A stretch of DNA of 64,000 nucleotides, taken from assembly GCA_902593165.1 (NCBI GenBank), contig CACJHI010000005.1:9238-73237 (forward strand). The letters run 5' to 3'. Below the pieces are notes generated by a model. The model saw nothing but the letters and a program-made list of their open reading frames with translations. It had not been told where the DNA came from and searched no databases. Shown piece by piece: positions 9,383 to 19,178 of this stretch; the first letter of the stretch is position 1; each line of letters opens with the position of its first letter. The position numbers were made by a program, and so were the translations under genes. The stretch comes from an uncultured Bacteroidota bacterium. GTDB taxonomy: Bacteria > Bacteroidota > Bacteroidia > Flavobacteriales > Flavobacteriaceae.

Positions 9383-10621
9383 ATGAAAATTATAAAAAAA
9401 ATTAATCATAAACCAATATTATTTTTATTACTAACATCAATCTTTTTTATGTCATGTTCAAAAGATGATGATATTGAGTATATAACTCAGACAGTAACTG
9501 AAACAGTGGTAGTGACTGAAACACAAACTGTGACTGTTGAAGTTCCTGTTACACAAACTGTGACTGTTGAGATTCCTTACTCTTATGAATTTGCAAGAGC
9601 TGGAAAACCTACTGTTTCTTTTTCAGGACAAACAGCAAGACTTAATATGGCTGATGAGCTTTATTCTGCATTAAATACAAATACATTTTCAAAAGCGAAG
9701 ATGCTTGAGATGTTTAATGACGGAACTGGATTTGCAGACGCAGCACTAAATTCATCTGGTAAAAAGATGGGTAATAAAACAGCTGCTTCACCTTTAGCTT
9801 CAGCTACTGTTAAGCCTCAATTTGATGCAATGATTGCTGATTTTGCAGACAATGTAATTCCTAATTGGGCAACAGATGCATCTAATGGTCAAGCGGGAGT
9901 TTTAACTGATGTTGCTAGAACTATTCATGTAAATGCAAAAGGTCATGAGATTGATCAAACATTTATCAAGGGAATCATTGGAGCAATGACTCTTGATCAA
10001 ATAGTAAATAACTATATAACTCCATATCAATTAGATTCTGGAACTAGAACTGTAGATAACACTAATAAAACATTGTCTACCGGAAAAGACTATACAGACA
10101 TGGAGCACAAATGGGATGAAGGTTTTGGATACCTTTATGGTCAAGAAGTTGATGCTACTAGATTAGATTTAGGTACAACCCCAACTGGTAATGGAACAAC
10201 TCTAAACAAATACTTCAAGAAAGTGAATGCTAGTAGTCATCCAGGAATGGCAATTCAAGTATTTGATGCATTTAGAAGAGGAAGAGCTTACATTGTTGCT
10301 AATCAATATGACAAAAGAGACGAACAAGCAGAAATAATTAAAAAAGAATTATCAAAGCTTATAGCACAGAAAGCTGTTGATTATATTAATGGTTACATGT
10401 CTAAGATTGCGGATGGAAATACAGCTGATGCATTCCATGCTCTATCAGAAGGTTATGGTTTTGTAATGAGTCTTCAGTTCACAAATGACGGAACAGATAC
10501 GCCATATTTCAGTAACTCTGAAGTAAATGCATTCTTAGCTTCTATGGATAATTTCTGGACTGTTGAAAATTCAACTCTTGAGTCTATTAGAGATGAAGTG
10601 AAAGCAAAAGCTGGAATATAA
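9383..10621 (+). CDS. DUF4856-like lipoprotein (imelysin-associated)
   Basis: Lipobox FFMSC, TQTVTVE repeat linker, DMEHKWDEGFGYLYG motif. Canonical position upstream of an imelysin gene in Bacteroidota clusters as I recall them. Confidence 0.55.
   Translation: MKIIKKINHKPILFLLLTSIFFMSCSKDDDIEYITQTVTETVVVTETQTVTVEVPVTQTVTVEIPYSYEFARAGKPTVSFSGQTARLNMADELYSALNTNTFSKAKMLEMFNDGTGFADAALNSSGKKMGNKTAASPLASATVKPQFDAMIADFADNVIPNWATDASNGQAGVLTDVARTIHVNAKGHEIDQTFIKGIIGAMTLDQIVNNYITPYQLDSGTRTVDNTNKTLSTGKDYTDMEHKWDEGFGYLYGQEVDATRLDLGTTPTGNGTTLNKYFKKVNASSHPGMAIQVFDAFRRGRAYIVANQYDKRDEQAEIIKKELSKLIAQKAVDYINGYMSKIADGNTADAFHALSEGYGFVMSLQFTNDGTDTPYFSNSEVNAFLASMDNFWTVENSTLESIRDEVKAKAGI
9521..9580 (+). repeat. 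30-bp x2 tandem repeat encoding the TQTVTVE(V/I)P linker
   Basis: ACACAAACTGTGACTGTTGAAGTTCCTGTT followed by ACACAAACTGTGACTGTTGAGATTCCTTAC. Confidence 0.85.
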
Positions 10622-10663
10622 AATTTTAGCTATTTAGTTCTTTAATCAATAAGTGAGTTTTTT

Positions 10664-10697
10664 AAATCAGTGGGGTTCTTTATCCCACTGATTTTTT
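10664..10697 (+). terminator. Rho-independent terminator/attenuator between the DUF4856 and imelysin genes
   Basis: 11-bp stem AAATCAGTGGG / CCCACTGATTT, 9-nt loop, running into a T-tract. Confidence 0.7.
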
Positions 10698-10711
10698 AAA
10701 TTTTAAAAAAA

Positions 10712-11947
10712 ATGAAACATCTATATATTAAAATTTTTCTTGCCGTACTTGTAATAGTATCATGTAGTAAGGACTCTGATGAAGATTATGGTCAAAATAG
10801 TTCTCAGAGTAATGTTCAGACAACTACAAATAATTCTACTGGTTCAACAACTGGTACCTCAACTAGTACTTCAACTGGTAACTCTACTAGTACTTCAACT
10901 GGTAACTCTACTAGCACCTCTTCAAGTCAAGGAGACACTTTTGATAGAGGTTCCATTTTAGCAAACTATTCTGAGAATATAATTATACCAAGATATAATA
11001 CATTCAAAACATCTATGGATAACCTTAAGAATAGTATTGAGACTTTTGTTAATTCTCCTAATTCTGATAATTATGATGCACTTCAAAGTGACTGGATAGA
11101 TTCATATAAAAAATGGCAATATGTTGAAGTTTTTAATATTAGTAAAGCAGAAGAAATTATGTATGGATTAAAAATGAACACCTACCCAGTTAGTAAAGAA
11201 AGAACTGATAATAATATTGATGAAGGAAAAACAGATCTTACAAATCCCAATGACTGGTCAGCCCAAGGTTTTCCTGGACTAGATTATATGCTTCACGGAA
11301 TTGGTGAAACAAAAGATGCTGTAATTGAACTATACAATTCAGAATCAAAATATGGTAATTATTTACTCACTTTAGGTTCTGTAATGAATGAAAATACCAT
11401 CCAGGTAGTTGATGATTGGACAACATATAAAGATGTATTTAATTCCTCTTTTAATAATACTGCTACATCAGCATTCAATATGATGGTCAATGACTTTGTA
11501 TATTATTTTGAAAAAGGTTTAAGAACTAATAAAATTGGTATTCCTGCCGGAAGGTTCTCTTCTACTCCACTTCCTGATAAAATTGAAGCTTATTATTACT
11601 CAAAAAACTCTTTTGGAAATCTTTCAAAAACTCTTGCTCTAGAAGCAAGAAAAGGAGCTGAAGAGTTATTTCTTGGTCTCAATTCTGATGGTGTTGAAGG
11701 TCCAAGTTATAAATCCTATCTAGACTATCTTGAAACAGAAATAGGGACTAATGTTAAAACAAAATTGGAGGAAGCTAGTATACGAATAGATGATTTACAA
11801 GATAATTTCTTAACTCAAATTGCAGAAAACAACACCTTGATGCTCGTTGCTTTTGATGCGCTTCAAACAATTGTTGTAAATTTAAAAACTGACATGTTAT
11901 CTAACTTTAATATTGCCGTTGACTATACTGATGCAGATGGTGATTAA
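10712..11947 (+). CDS. Imelysin-like (Peptidase_M75 / IrpA-like) lipoprotein
   Basis: Lipobox IVSC, Ser/Thr/Gly/Asn linker, then imelysin-like blocks (ILANYSENIIIPRY, WIDSYKKWQYVEVF, GFPGLDYMLHG). Confidence 0.6.
   Translation: MKHLYIKIFLAVLVIVSCSKDSDEDYGQNSSQSNVQTTTNNSTGSTTGTSTSTSTGNSTSTSTGNSTSTSSSQGDTFDRGSILANYSENIIIPRYNTFKTSMDNLKNSIETFVNSPNSDNYDALQSDWIDSYKKWQYVEVFNISKAEEIMYGLKMNTYPVSKERTDNNIDEGKTDLTNPNDWSAQGFPGLDYMLHGIGETKDAVIELYNSESKYGNYLLTLGSVMNENTIQVVDDWTTYKDVFNSSFNNTATSAFNMMVNDFVYYFEKGLRTNKIGIPAGRFSSTPLPDKIEAYYYSKNSFGNLSKTLALEARKGAEELFLGLNSDGVEGPSYKSYLDYLETEIGTNVKTKLEEASIRIDDLQDNFLTQIAENNTLMLVAFDALQTIVVNLKTDMLSNFNIAVDYTDADGD
10862..10920 (+). repeat. 24-bp tandem repeat (2 full copies plus a partial one) encoding the TSTSTGNS linker
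   Basis: ACTAGTACTTCAACTGGTAACTCT twice, then ACTAGCACCTC. Confidence 0.85.
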
Positions 11948-11960
11948 CTAAAATATATCA

Positions 11961-13316
11961 TTGAATATTTCGAAATATTTAAATAAAGAACAAGACTCTT
12001 CAAGCCTAGCAATTTTTCGACTAGGCTTTGGTTTTTTAATGCTCTATAGTACAATAAGAATTTGGGGAAAAGGATGGATTAGGGAGTTATATATCGATCC
12101 ATCATTTCACTTCTCGTATTATGGCTTTGAATGGGTAAAACCAATTGGAGACTATACTTATTTAATCTTTTTAGTATGTGCAATATCATCATTTTTTGTA
12201 GCAATTGGATATAAATATAGAATCTCAATTATTTTACTCTTCTTAAGCTTTACATATGCAGAGTTAATGGATAAAACAACTTATCTTAACCATTATTATC
12301 TGGTTAGCCTGATAAGTTTTCTAATGATCTTTTTTCCCGCAAATGCAAAGTTTTCAATAGATAATTTAATTAGTAAAAAATCATATGTGTTTATCCCCAA
12401 ATGGAATGTAGATGCCTTAAAATTAATGATCTGTATAGTATACTTTTATGCAGGAATTGCAAAGATTAATAGTGATTGGCTTATTGATGCTCAACCATTA
12501 AAAATCTGGTTAACATCTAAATATGATCTTCCAATTTTTGGCAGCACATTATTTCAGATGGATTGGGTTCATGTTTTTTTTAGTTGGGCTGGTATGCTTT
12601 ATGATCTCTTAATTGCATTCATTTTATTATATAGAAAGACAAGACCATTTGGGTTTTTTCTTGTAATAACTTTTCATATTATGACAGCGATTCTTTTCCC
12701 TGCAATAGGCATGTTCCCTTACATAATGATTACATCTTCTGTAATATTTTTAGAACCTGAAACTCATAAAAAAATATTAGATAGAGTTTCTTCTATATTT
12801 AGAAAATACTTCCAAAAAGTGACTATTATATCAAATTATAATTTCAAAAAAGCTAAATTTTCTCAAGCTATTCTAGTTATTTTCTTTTCTATCCAGTTAC
12901 TTTTTCCATTTAGATATTTTCTTTACCCTGGAGAATTATTTTGGAATGAACAGGGATATAGATTCTCATGGAGAGTTATGCTTATAGAGAAGAAAGGTTT
13001 CACAGAGTTTAAAATAGTTGACGGAGTAACATCAGAATCATTTTATGTTTTAAATGAAGAGTTTTTAACTGAGTTTCAAGAAAGACAGATGAGTTTTCAA
13101 CCAGATTTTATTCTTGAATATGCACATTATCTTGGTGACTATTATAATAATAATGGATATAATAATGTTGAAGTTTATGCAGAGAGTTATGTGACATTAA
13201 ATGGAAGAAAAAGTAAAGTATTTGTTGATCCAAACATTGACTTAATGAAAGAAGAAAGAGGCTTTTCAAACAAAGAATGGATAACAGAATTAGAAAATGA
13301 AATTAAAGGCTTTTAA
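11961..13316 (+). CDS. HTTM domain membrane protein (vitamin K-dependent gamma-carboxylase fold)
   Basis: 451 aa, TTG start. N-terminal SLAIFRLGFGFLMLYSTIRIW and multiple TM helices typical of HTTM, plus a soluble C-terminal domain. Confidence 0.7.
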   Translation: MNISKYLNKEQDSSSLAIFRLGFGFLMLYSTIRIWGKGWIRELYIDPSFHFSYYGFEWVKPIGDYTYLIFLVCAISSFFVAIGYKYRISIILLFLSFTYAELMDKTTYLNHYYLVSLISFLMIFFPANAKFSIDNLISKKSYVFIPKWNVDALKLMICIVYFYAGIAKINSDWLIDAQPLKIWLTSKYDLPIFGSTLFQMDWVHVFFSWAGMLYDLLIAFILLYRKTRPFGFFLVITFHIMTAILFPAIGMFPYIMITSSVIFLEPETHKKILDRVSSIFRKYFQKVTIISNYNFKKAKFSQAILVIFFSIQLLFPFRYFLYPGELFWNEQGYRFSWRVMLIEKKGFTEFKIVDGVTSESFYVLNEEFLTEFQERQMSFQPDFILEYAHYLGDYYNNNGYNNVEVYAESYVTLNGRKSKVFVDPNIDLMKEERGFSNKEWITELENEIKGF

Positions 13317-15723
13317 AATATTAATTATTCTATGTTTTAACTCATTATCCTCTCAGGAGAATTTAAGTGGAGTTATTATAAGTGAATCAACTAGTCTACC
13401 ACTTGAAAATGTAACAATTTTCAACTCTGACACAAATGAAATCTCTTATAGTGATTATGAGGGTAAGTTTACTATTTCAATAAATAATATTGATTCAGAA
13501 ATAAACTTTTTCCTTGAAGGATATAATCTTTTATCTGAAATTTTCAGTCCTCAAGTTTCAGAATCTAATAATGTCACCACTATTAGGTTGGTTCCAAGAA
13601 TTGAGGAATTAAATGAAGTTGTGGTAAGGTCAAATCTAAAAAAGATTTTCCAAATTAAAAGATTTCAGGATATTGAGGGAACAAGAATATATGCTGGGAA
13701 AAAGAATGAGGTGATTCTTATTGATGTGTCAATGGCAAATCTTGCATCAAATAATGCTCGTCAAATTTATAATCAGATTCCAGGACTTAATATCTATCAA
13801 AATGATGATGCTGGACTTCAACTTAATATAGGCGGAAGAGGACTTAATCCAAATAGAACCGCTAATTTTAATACAAGACAAAATAATTATGATATCAGTG
13901 CAGATGCATTAGGGTATCCTGAAAGTTATTATACTCCTCCACCAGAAGGTCTTGAGGAAATTCAAATATTAAGGGGTGCAGCTTCACTCCAATATGGAAC
14001 TCAATTTGGTGGGCTTATTAATTTTAAAATCAAGAAACCCAAACCTGAGGAAAGATATGAGCTTATAACAAGAAATACTGCTGGTTCAAATAATCTATTT
14101 ACAAATTTTACTAGCATTAGCTCAAGCAAAGAAAAATCCAGTTACTATGGATATGTCAATTATAAAATAGGTGATGGTTTTAGACCTAATTCAGAGTTTG
14201 AATCAATAAATACCTTTCAAAATTTTAACTACAACTTAAGTGATAAATCAAATATAACAGCAGAGATAACATATATGGAATACCTTGCTCATCAAGCAGG
14301 TGGACTTTCAGATTTTATGTTTGCTAATGATCCTTTTCAAAGTAATAGAGAGAGAAATTGGTTTGAAATAAAATGGTTTTTATATAATCTAAAATATTTA
14401 CTTGAAATTTCAGAAGATTCAAGCTTTAGCTTCAGTTTTTTTGGTTTGGATGCTGCAAGAAATTCATTAGGTTTTAGGACAAATAGAGTTGATCAAATTG
14501 ATTATGGTGAAGAAAGAGATTTGATTAAAGGGGACTTTAAAAATTATGGTTTTGAATCAAGATATGTAACCAGCTTTAATTTTTTAAATAAAAAATCTTA
14601 TTTATTATTAGGAGCTAAATACTACAATTCATTTTCCAAAAGTGTTCAAGGTCCAGGAAGTAGTTCAAAGGATGCTGATTTTAATTTTGATTATATAAAT
14701 TTCCCAAACTATGTAAATCAATCTGAGTACAGTTATCCTAATAATAATTTGGCAATCTTTGGTGAAAATATTTTTTATATAAATGAAAGTTTATCCATAA
14801 CACCTGGGTTTAGGTTTGAGAACATAAATACTAGTCTAGATGGTTACTACAGAAAAATTAATCTAGATGCTGCAGGTAACACAATTTATAATGAAAGATT
14901 TGATGAAGAGGATACCAAGAAAAGAAAGTTTCTATTACTTGGTTTAGGACTTAGTTACAAAAAAAGGGGGCTTGAATTATATACAAATATCAGTCAAAAC
15001 TTTAGATCTGTAACATTTGCAGATATAAGTATTAATAACCCTGCTTATGCTATAAATCCTAATATTGATGATGAGAAAGGGTTTACATTTGATATAGGTT
15101 TTAGAGGAAACTATAAAAAAATGATTTCCTTTGACTCTAGTATTTTTGCACTTATATATAGAGACAGGATTGGGTTTATCCAAAAAGTATTTAGTGATGG
15201 TAATGTGAAGAGTGAGAGAGGTAATGTAGGGAATGCCCAAATAACAGGTGTTGAATCTTTATTTGATTTTGATATAAATGAAATTCTATTTAAAAATGAA
15301 GATGTAGATTTTAATATTTTTTTTAATTTTTCTTATATAGAATCTAAATATTTAAAATCTAATGAAGTAGGAATAACAGGAAAAGTAGTTGAATTTGTTC
15401 CTAAAAATAATTTTAAAACAGGTTTAAAATTTGGTTATAAAGATTTTGCAATTAATTTTCAATATTCATACCTGTCAAGTCAATTTACAGACTCTTCAAA
15501 TGCTATATCAGGAAATCTAAGTGGAGTAATTGGTCAAATTCCTTCCTATGAAATTTCTGATTTATCAATGTCATACAAACTAAGAAACATTAAATTTGAA
15601 GCTGGAGTCAATAATTTATTTGATGAAATATATTTTACAAGAAGAGCAACAGGATATCCTGGCCCCGGAATAATTCCTTCTCCTCCAAGAAATAGTTATA
15701 TAACTCTAGAAATCAAACTATGA
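13297..15723 (+). CDS. TonB-dependent outer-membrane receptor with an N-terminal CarboxypepD_reg-like domain
   Basis: 808 aa with signal peptide. GVIISESTSLPLENVTIF (carboxypeptidase-regulatory-like), plug (RGAASLQYGTQFGG) and beta-barrel repeats. Overlaps the HTTM gene by 20 nt. Confidence 0.85.
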   Translation: MKLKAFKILIILCFNSLSSQENLSGVIISESTSLPLENVTIFNSDTNEISYSDYEGKFTISINNIDSEINFFLEGYNLLSEIFSPQVSESNNVTTIRLVPRIEELNEVVVRSNLKKIFQIKRFQDIEGTRIYAGKKNEVILIDVSMANLASNNARQIYNQIPGLNIYQNDDAGLQLNIGGRGLNPNRTANFNTRQNNYDISADALGYPESYYTPPPEGLEEIQILRGAASLQYGTQFGGLINFKIKKPKPEERYELITRNTAGSNNLFTNFTSISSSKEKSSYYGYVNYKIGDGFRPNSEFESINTFQNFNYNLSDKSNITAEITYMEYLAHQAGGLSDFMFANDPFQSNRERNWFEIKWFLYNLKYLLEISEDSSFSFSFFGLDAARNSLGFRTNRVDQIDYGEERDLIKGDFKNYGFESRYVTSFNFLNKKSYLLLGAKYYNSFSKSVQGPGSSSKDADFNFDYINFPNYVNQSEYSYPNNNLAIFGENIFYINESLSITPGFRFENINTSLDGYYRKINLDAAGNTIYNERFDEEDTKKRKFLLLGLGLSYKKRGLELYTNISQNFRSVTFADISINNPAYAINPNIDDEKGFTFDIGFRGNYKKMISFDSSIFALIYRDRIGFIQKVFSDGNVKSERGNVGNAQITGVESLFDFDINEILFKNEDVDFNIFFNFSYIESKYLKSNEVGITGKVVEFVPKNNFKTGLKFGYKDFAINFQYSYLSSQFTDSSNAISGNLSGVIGQIPSYEISDLSMSYKLRNIKFEAGVNNLFDEIYFTRRATGYPGPGIIPSPPRNSYITLEIKL

Positions 15724-16121
15724 GTAAAAGCTTAAATAATGAGATTATAATTTATGATGGTATATGTGTGCTATGTAATTACTTTATTCAATTTATTTTA
15801 GAAAAAGATAGAAAGGCTCATTTTAAAGTAACAAATCTTCAAAGTGAATTTACAAAAACAAAATATCCAAAAATTCTAGCTGTTGATTCAGTTGCAGTTA
15901 TTTTGGAAAATGGAAAAATTTTGCAAAAAAGTAAAGCAGTTTACTACATTTTACAAAAAATTAAAGTCTTACTATTAATCAGAGTTTTAATTTATGTTTT
16001 TCCAACATTTTTTTCAAATATAGTCTATGACTTTATTGCTCTGATTAGATACAAATTATTTGGAAAATACTCCTATTGTCCCGTACTCAAAGGGGATTTA
16101 AAAAATAGAATAATTGAATAA
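15720..16121 (+). CDS. DCC-family thiol-disulfide oxidoreductase (DUF393)
   Basis: IIYDGICVLCNYFIQFIL (D-x-x-C-x-x-C motif) and a hydrophobic C-terminal segment. ATGA overlap with the receptor gene. Confidence 0.7.
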   Translation: MSKSLNNEIIIYDGICVLCNYFIQFILEKDRKAHFKVTNLQSEFTKTKYPKILAVDSVAVILENGKILQKSKAVYYILQKIKVLLLIRVLIYVFPTFFSNIVYDFIALIRYKLFGKYSYCPVLKGDLKNRIIE

Positions 16122-16227
16122 GAAAAACTTATGAACCTATAACGATATTTTTTAATTACTATTTAGAATAAATCTATATTAAACAAAGGAACTTCAAACA
16201 ATACTTTTAGAACCTTAAGCGTTATTA

Positions 16228-16254
16228 TTTGTATCCATCTTAAAATTAAATTTG
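16228..16254 (+). promoter_or_regulatory. Candidate Bacteroidota-type promoter of the hem operon
   Basis: TTTG at 16228-16231 and TAAATTTG (TAnnTTTG -7 consensus) at 16247-16254, 18 nt before the hemA start. Confidence 0.35.
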
Positions 16255-16272
16255 CAAATATTAATTTAGATT

Positions 16273-17547
16273 TTGGTTGGTTTAATAAGTCTTAATTACA
16301 AAGTTGCCCCTATTGAACTTAGAGAAAGGTTCTACCTAGATGATGCACAAAAAATTGTTTTTCATAATCTTTTGAAAAAAAAGGTTGGTGTGGAGGGATT
16401 AATGCTCATATCTACATGTAATAGAACTGAAATATATTTCGAGTTTGAGAATCATATAGGTAACGAAAATAAGTTTATTCACAGCATAGTTAAAGAGCTC
16501 TCAGAATTTAGAAACTTTAAGGACAGCCTCTCTCCTTACTTAATAAAGCAAACAGGGTCATATAACGTATCAAAACATCTGTTTAGACTAGCGTGTGGGC
16601 TAGAATCAATGATAATTGGGGAATTTCAAATTGTTGAGCAACTTAAAGAAGCATATGACTTCTCATATAAACACAGGATGCTTGGACCTATCTTAAATAG
16701 AATGGTTCAAAAATCTTTAGAAACAGGTAAATTTATAAGGACCAATACTAAAATAGATAAGGGAGCAGTGTCAGTGAGTTACGCAGCTGTTGAAAAAGTC
16801 CATAAATCTATTGAGATTCTTGAGCCTGAATTTTTATGTGTTGGTCTAGGAGAAACCTCTAAGTTATCTATCAAACATCTTCATCAAAAAGATTATTCTA
16901 ATATTAAAATTGCAAACAGAACACTTAATAAATCTAAAGATTTTGCAAAATCTTTAGGTCTCACTGCTATAAAATTTGAATCATTTAAAAATGAGCTAGC
17001 AAATGTAGATGTCGCCATTTTTTCAACCTCATCTAAAGAGCCATTAATATCAAAAAGCGAATTAGTCAAAATAAGAAAAGGAATAAAAAAAGAACTTTTA
17101 ATTATTGACTTATCTGTCCCAAGAAATATTCCAAATGATTGTAGTGAGATTTCAAATGTTAAATTAATAAATGTTGATGATCTTAAAGATGCAGTAAATC
17201 ATAACTATAAAAAAAGAAGAAGTCAGATTGTAAAAGCTGAAAAATTTATTGAAGATTTTTTATCTGATTTTGATGATTGGACTAATTCTCGTCAGTTAAG
17301 ACCCTCAATATTATCTATAAAAAAACAAATAAAAAATATCGTAATTGAACAAACAATTGAAAATGTAAACTCATCTTCAAATCAATCAGATGCAGACCTT
17401 TTTGATTCTGATGGATTTAACAAAAGATTAGATAAGGTTTATGAAAAATTTTCCGACAATCTGGTAAGAAAGATTAGACAAGCAAGTAACAATGGGAAAG
17501 ATGAAAAAGCAATCAGTGTAATTAATCAAATATTCCTCGATGATTAA
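16273..17547 (+). CDS. hemA: Glutamyl-tRNA reductase
   Basis: 424 aa, TTG start. LISTCNRTEIY active-site Cys motif, GLESMIIGEFQI, NAD-binding VGLGETSK. Confidence 0.9.
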   Translation: MVGLISLNYKVAPIELRERFYLDDAQKIVFHNLLKKKVGVEGLMLISTCNRTEIYFEFENHIGNENKFIHSIVKELSEFRNFKDSLSPYLIKQTGSYNVSKHLFRLACGLESMIIGEFQIVEQLKEAYDFSYKHRMLGPILNRMVQKSLETGKFIRTNTKIDKGAVSVSYAAVEKVHKSIEILEPEFLCVGLGETSKLSIKHLHQKDYSNIKIANRTLNKSKDFAKSLGLTAIKFESFKNELANVDVAIFSTSSKEPLISKSELVKIRKGIKKELLIIDLSVPRNIPNDCSEISNVKLINVDDLKDAVNHNYKKRRSQIVKAEKFIEDFLSDFDDWTNSRQLRPSILSIKKQIKNIVIEQTIENVNSSSNQSDADLFDSDGFNKRLDKVYEKFSDNLVRKIRQASNNGKDEKAISVINQIFLDD

Positions 17548-18466
17548 ATCAATTAAAATTGGTACTAGATCTAGCAAGTTGGCATTATACCAGTCTAATT
17601 TGGTTAAAGAAAAATTATCAAATTTATCGCCAAGTATAAAAATTTCATTAGTTGAAATCAAAACTAAGGGAGATAAGATCCAAGACAGAAATTTAAATAG
17701 AAGCATTGATAAAGGGTTTTTTGTTAAGGAGATTCAAGAACATTTATTAAACGACCAAATCGACATTGCTGTTCACAGTCTCAAAGATTTACCTGTTGAG
17801 AATTATTCAGATGATATTACCTCAGTAATTTTAAAAAGAGGAAATCACAGTGATGTTTTTTTAAGTAGAGATAAAAAAAAACTTGTGGATTTTGATCACT
17901 CACTAAGAATTGGGACATCATCATTAAGGAGAAAAGCTCAGCTACTCAATATTAATTCTAATTTAAAAATTGACGATATAAGAGGTAATGTTGATACAAG
18001 AATCTCTAAAATGTTAAAGGGTGAATATGATGGCCTAGTTATGGCTGCAGCTGGAATAGAAAGGCTTGGACTTAAAGAATACATTACAGATTATTTTGAC
18101 ACCGAACAAATGCTGCCTGCGCCAGGACAAGGAGCTATTTCAGTTGAGTTTAAGAAAAAAAATAATGAATTATTTGATATGCTTAAGAATTTAAATGATG
18201 ATGAAACCAGCCTTTGCACATACTTAGAAAGATCATTTATGAATGAACTAGGTGGAGGATGTAATTCACCAATTGGAGCATACTCATTTATTTCTAATAA
18301 AAAGAAAAAAATTACTGGTTCCATTCTTTCATTAGATGGAAGGCAACTATACAAGCAAAGCTTGGAAGAGGATATAAATAATGATATTAATATTGGGAAA
18401 CTTTTAGCTGAATATCTAATAAAATCTGGAGCTGATAAAATTATAAAAAACTTAACCGTTGAATAA
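17540..18466 (+). CDS. hemC: Hydroxymethylbilane synthase (porphobilinogen deaminase)
   Basis: IKIGTRSSKLALYQ, VHSLKDLP, RGNVDTR, PAPGQGAISVE, GGCNSPIG motifs. Confidence 0.95.
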   Translation: MIKSIKIGTRSSKLALYQSNLVKEKLSNLSPSIKISLVEIKTKGDKIQDRNLNRSIDKGFFVKEIQEHLLNDQIDIAVHSLKDLPVENYSDDITSVILKRGNHSDVFLSRDKKKLVDFDHSLRIGTSSLRRKAQLLNINSNLKIDDIRGNVDTRISKMLKGEYDGLVMAAAGIERLGLKEYITDYFDTEQMLPAPGQGAISVEFKKKNNELFDMLKNLNDDETSLCTYLERSFMNELGGGCNSPIGAYSFISNKKKKITGSILSLDGRQLYKQSLEEDINNDINIGKLLAEYLIKSGADKIIKNLTVE

Positions 18467-19178
18467 AAGTAACATCATAATAACTGGAGAAGACTTTGAC
18501 TACGACTTTAATGAGTTAAAAGCTATGGAAGTTGATATTTTTCATTATCCAATGATTTACACATTAGGAATAGATATTAATATCCAGCCTAATATTTATA
18601 ATTACATAATATTTACCTCAAAAAATGGTGTAAAATATTTCTTAAAAAATGTATCTACTTCTATAAATAGAGATATAAAATTTATATGTATTGGCAAAAA
18701 AACTGCAGAGGCACTAAAGAGGAATAAGCATAACCCAGATATAGTAGTAAAGCGAAATTATTCAAAGTTTATGTGTGATGAAATTAAAAATATGGGGATA
18801 AGCAAAAACAAGAAATTATTACTTATACAAGGTAATCTTGCAAAAAAAGAACTTTTTGAATGCCTATCTGAATCCTTGGATGTTGACCATAAAATAGTTT
18901 ATACTACTAATCCCGTTGAAGAAAAGATTGATGATTTAAATAAAAAAATTGAAAATGAGAATTCCTATGTTGTTTTTACAAGTCCCTCAACATTTAACTC
19001 ATTCATCAACAAGTATAATCTTAAAAAAAATATTATAAGTATTGGCAATACAACAACAGATCATATAAGAGACAAAGGCTTTGAGCCTTTAATGACTGCA
19101 AAAATGCAATCATATGAGGGTATAAGTAATTCAATTATTGAGTATTTAAATAAAAAAATAAATCATGAACTATCCTAA
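18459..19178 (+). CDS. hemD: Uroporphyrinogen-III synthase
   Basis: 239 aa between hemC and hemB. IIFTSKNGVKYF and VVFTSPSTFNSF repeats typical of the two-lobed HemD. Confidence 0.75.
   Translation: MNKSNIIITGEDFDYDFNELKAMEVDIFHYPMIYTLGIDINIQPNIYNYIIFTSKNGVKYFLKNVSTSINRDIKFICIGKKTAEALKRNKHNPDIVVKRNYSKFMCDEIKNMGISKNKKLLLIQGNLAKKELFECLSESLDVDHKIVYTTNPVEEKIDDLNKKIENENSYVVFTSPSTFNSFINKYNLKKNIISIGNTTTDHIRDKGFEPLMTAKMQSYEGISNSIIEYLNKKINHELS

Noticed and set aside
10779-10961. 60-aa alternative-frame ORF over the imelysin linker repeats
   Set aside because: It is a product of the 24-bp tandem repeat staying open in a second frame. The annotated frame continues into a 411-aa protein.
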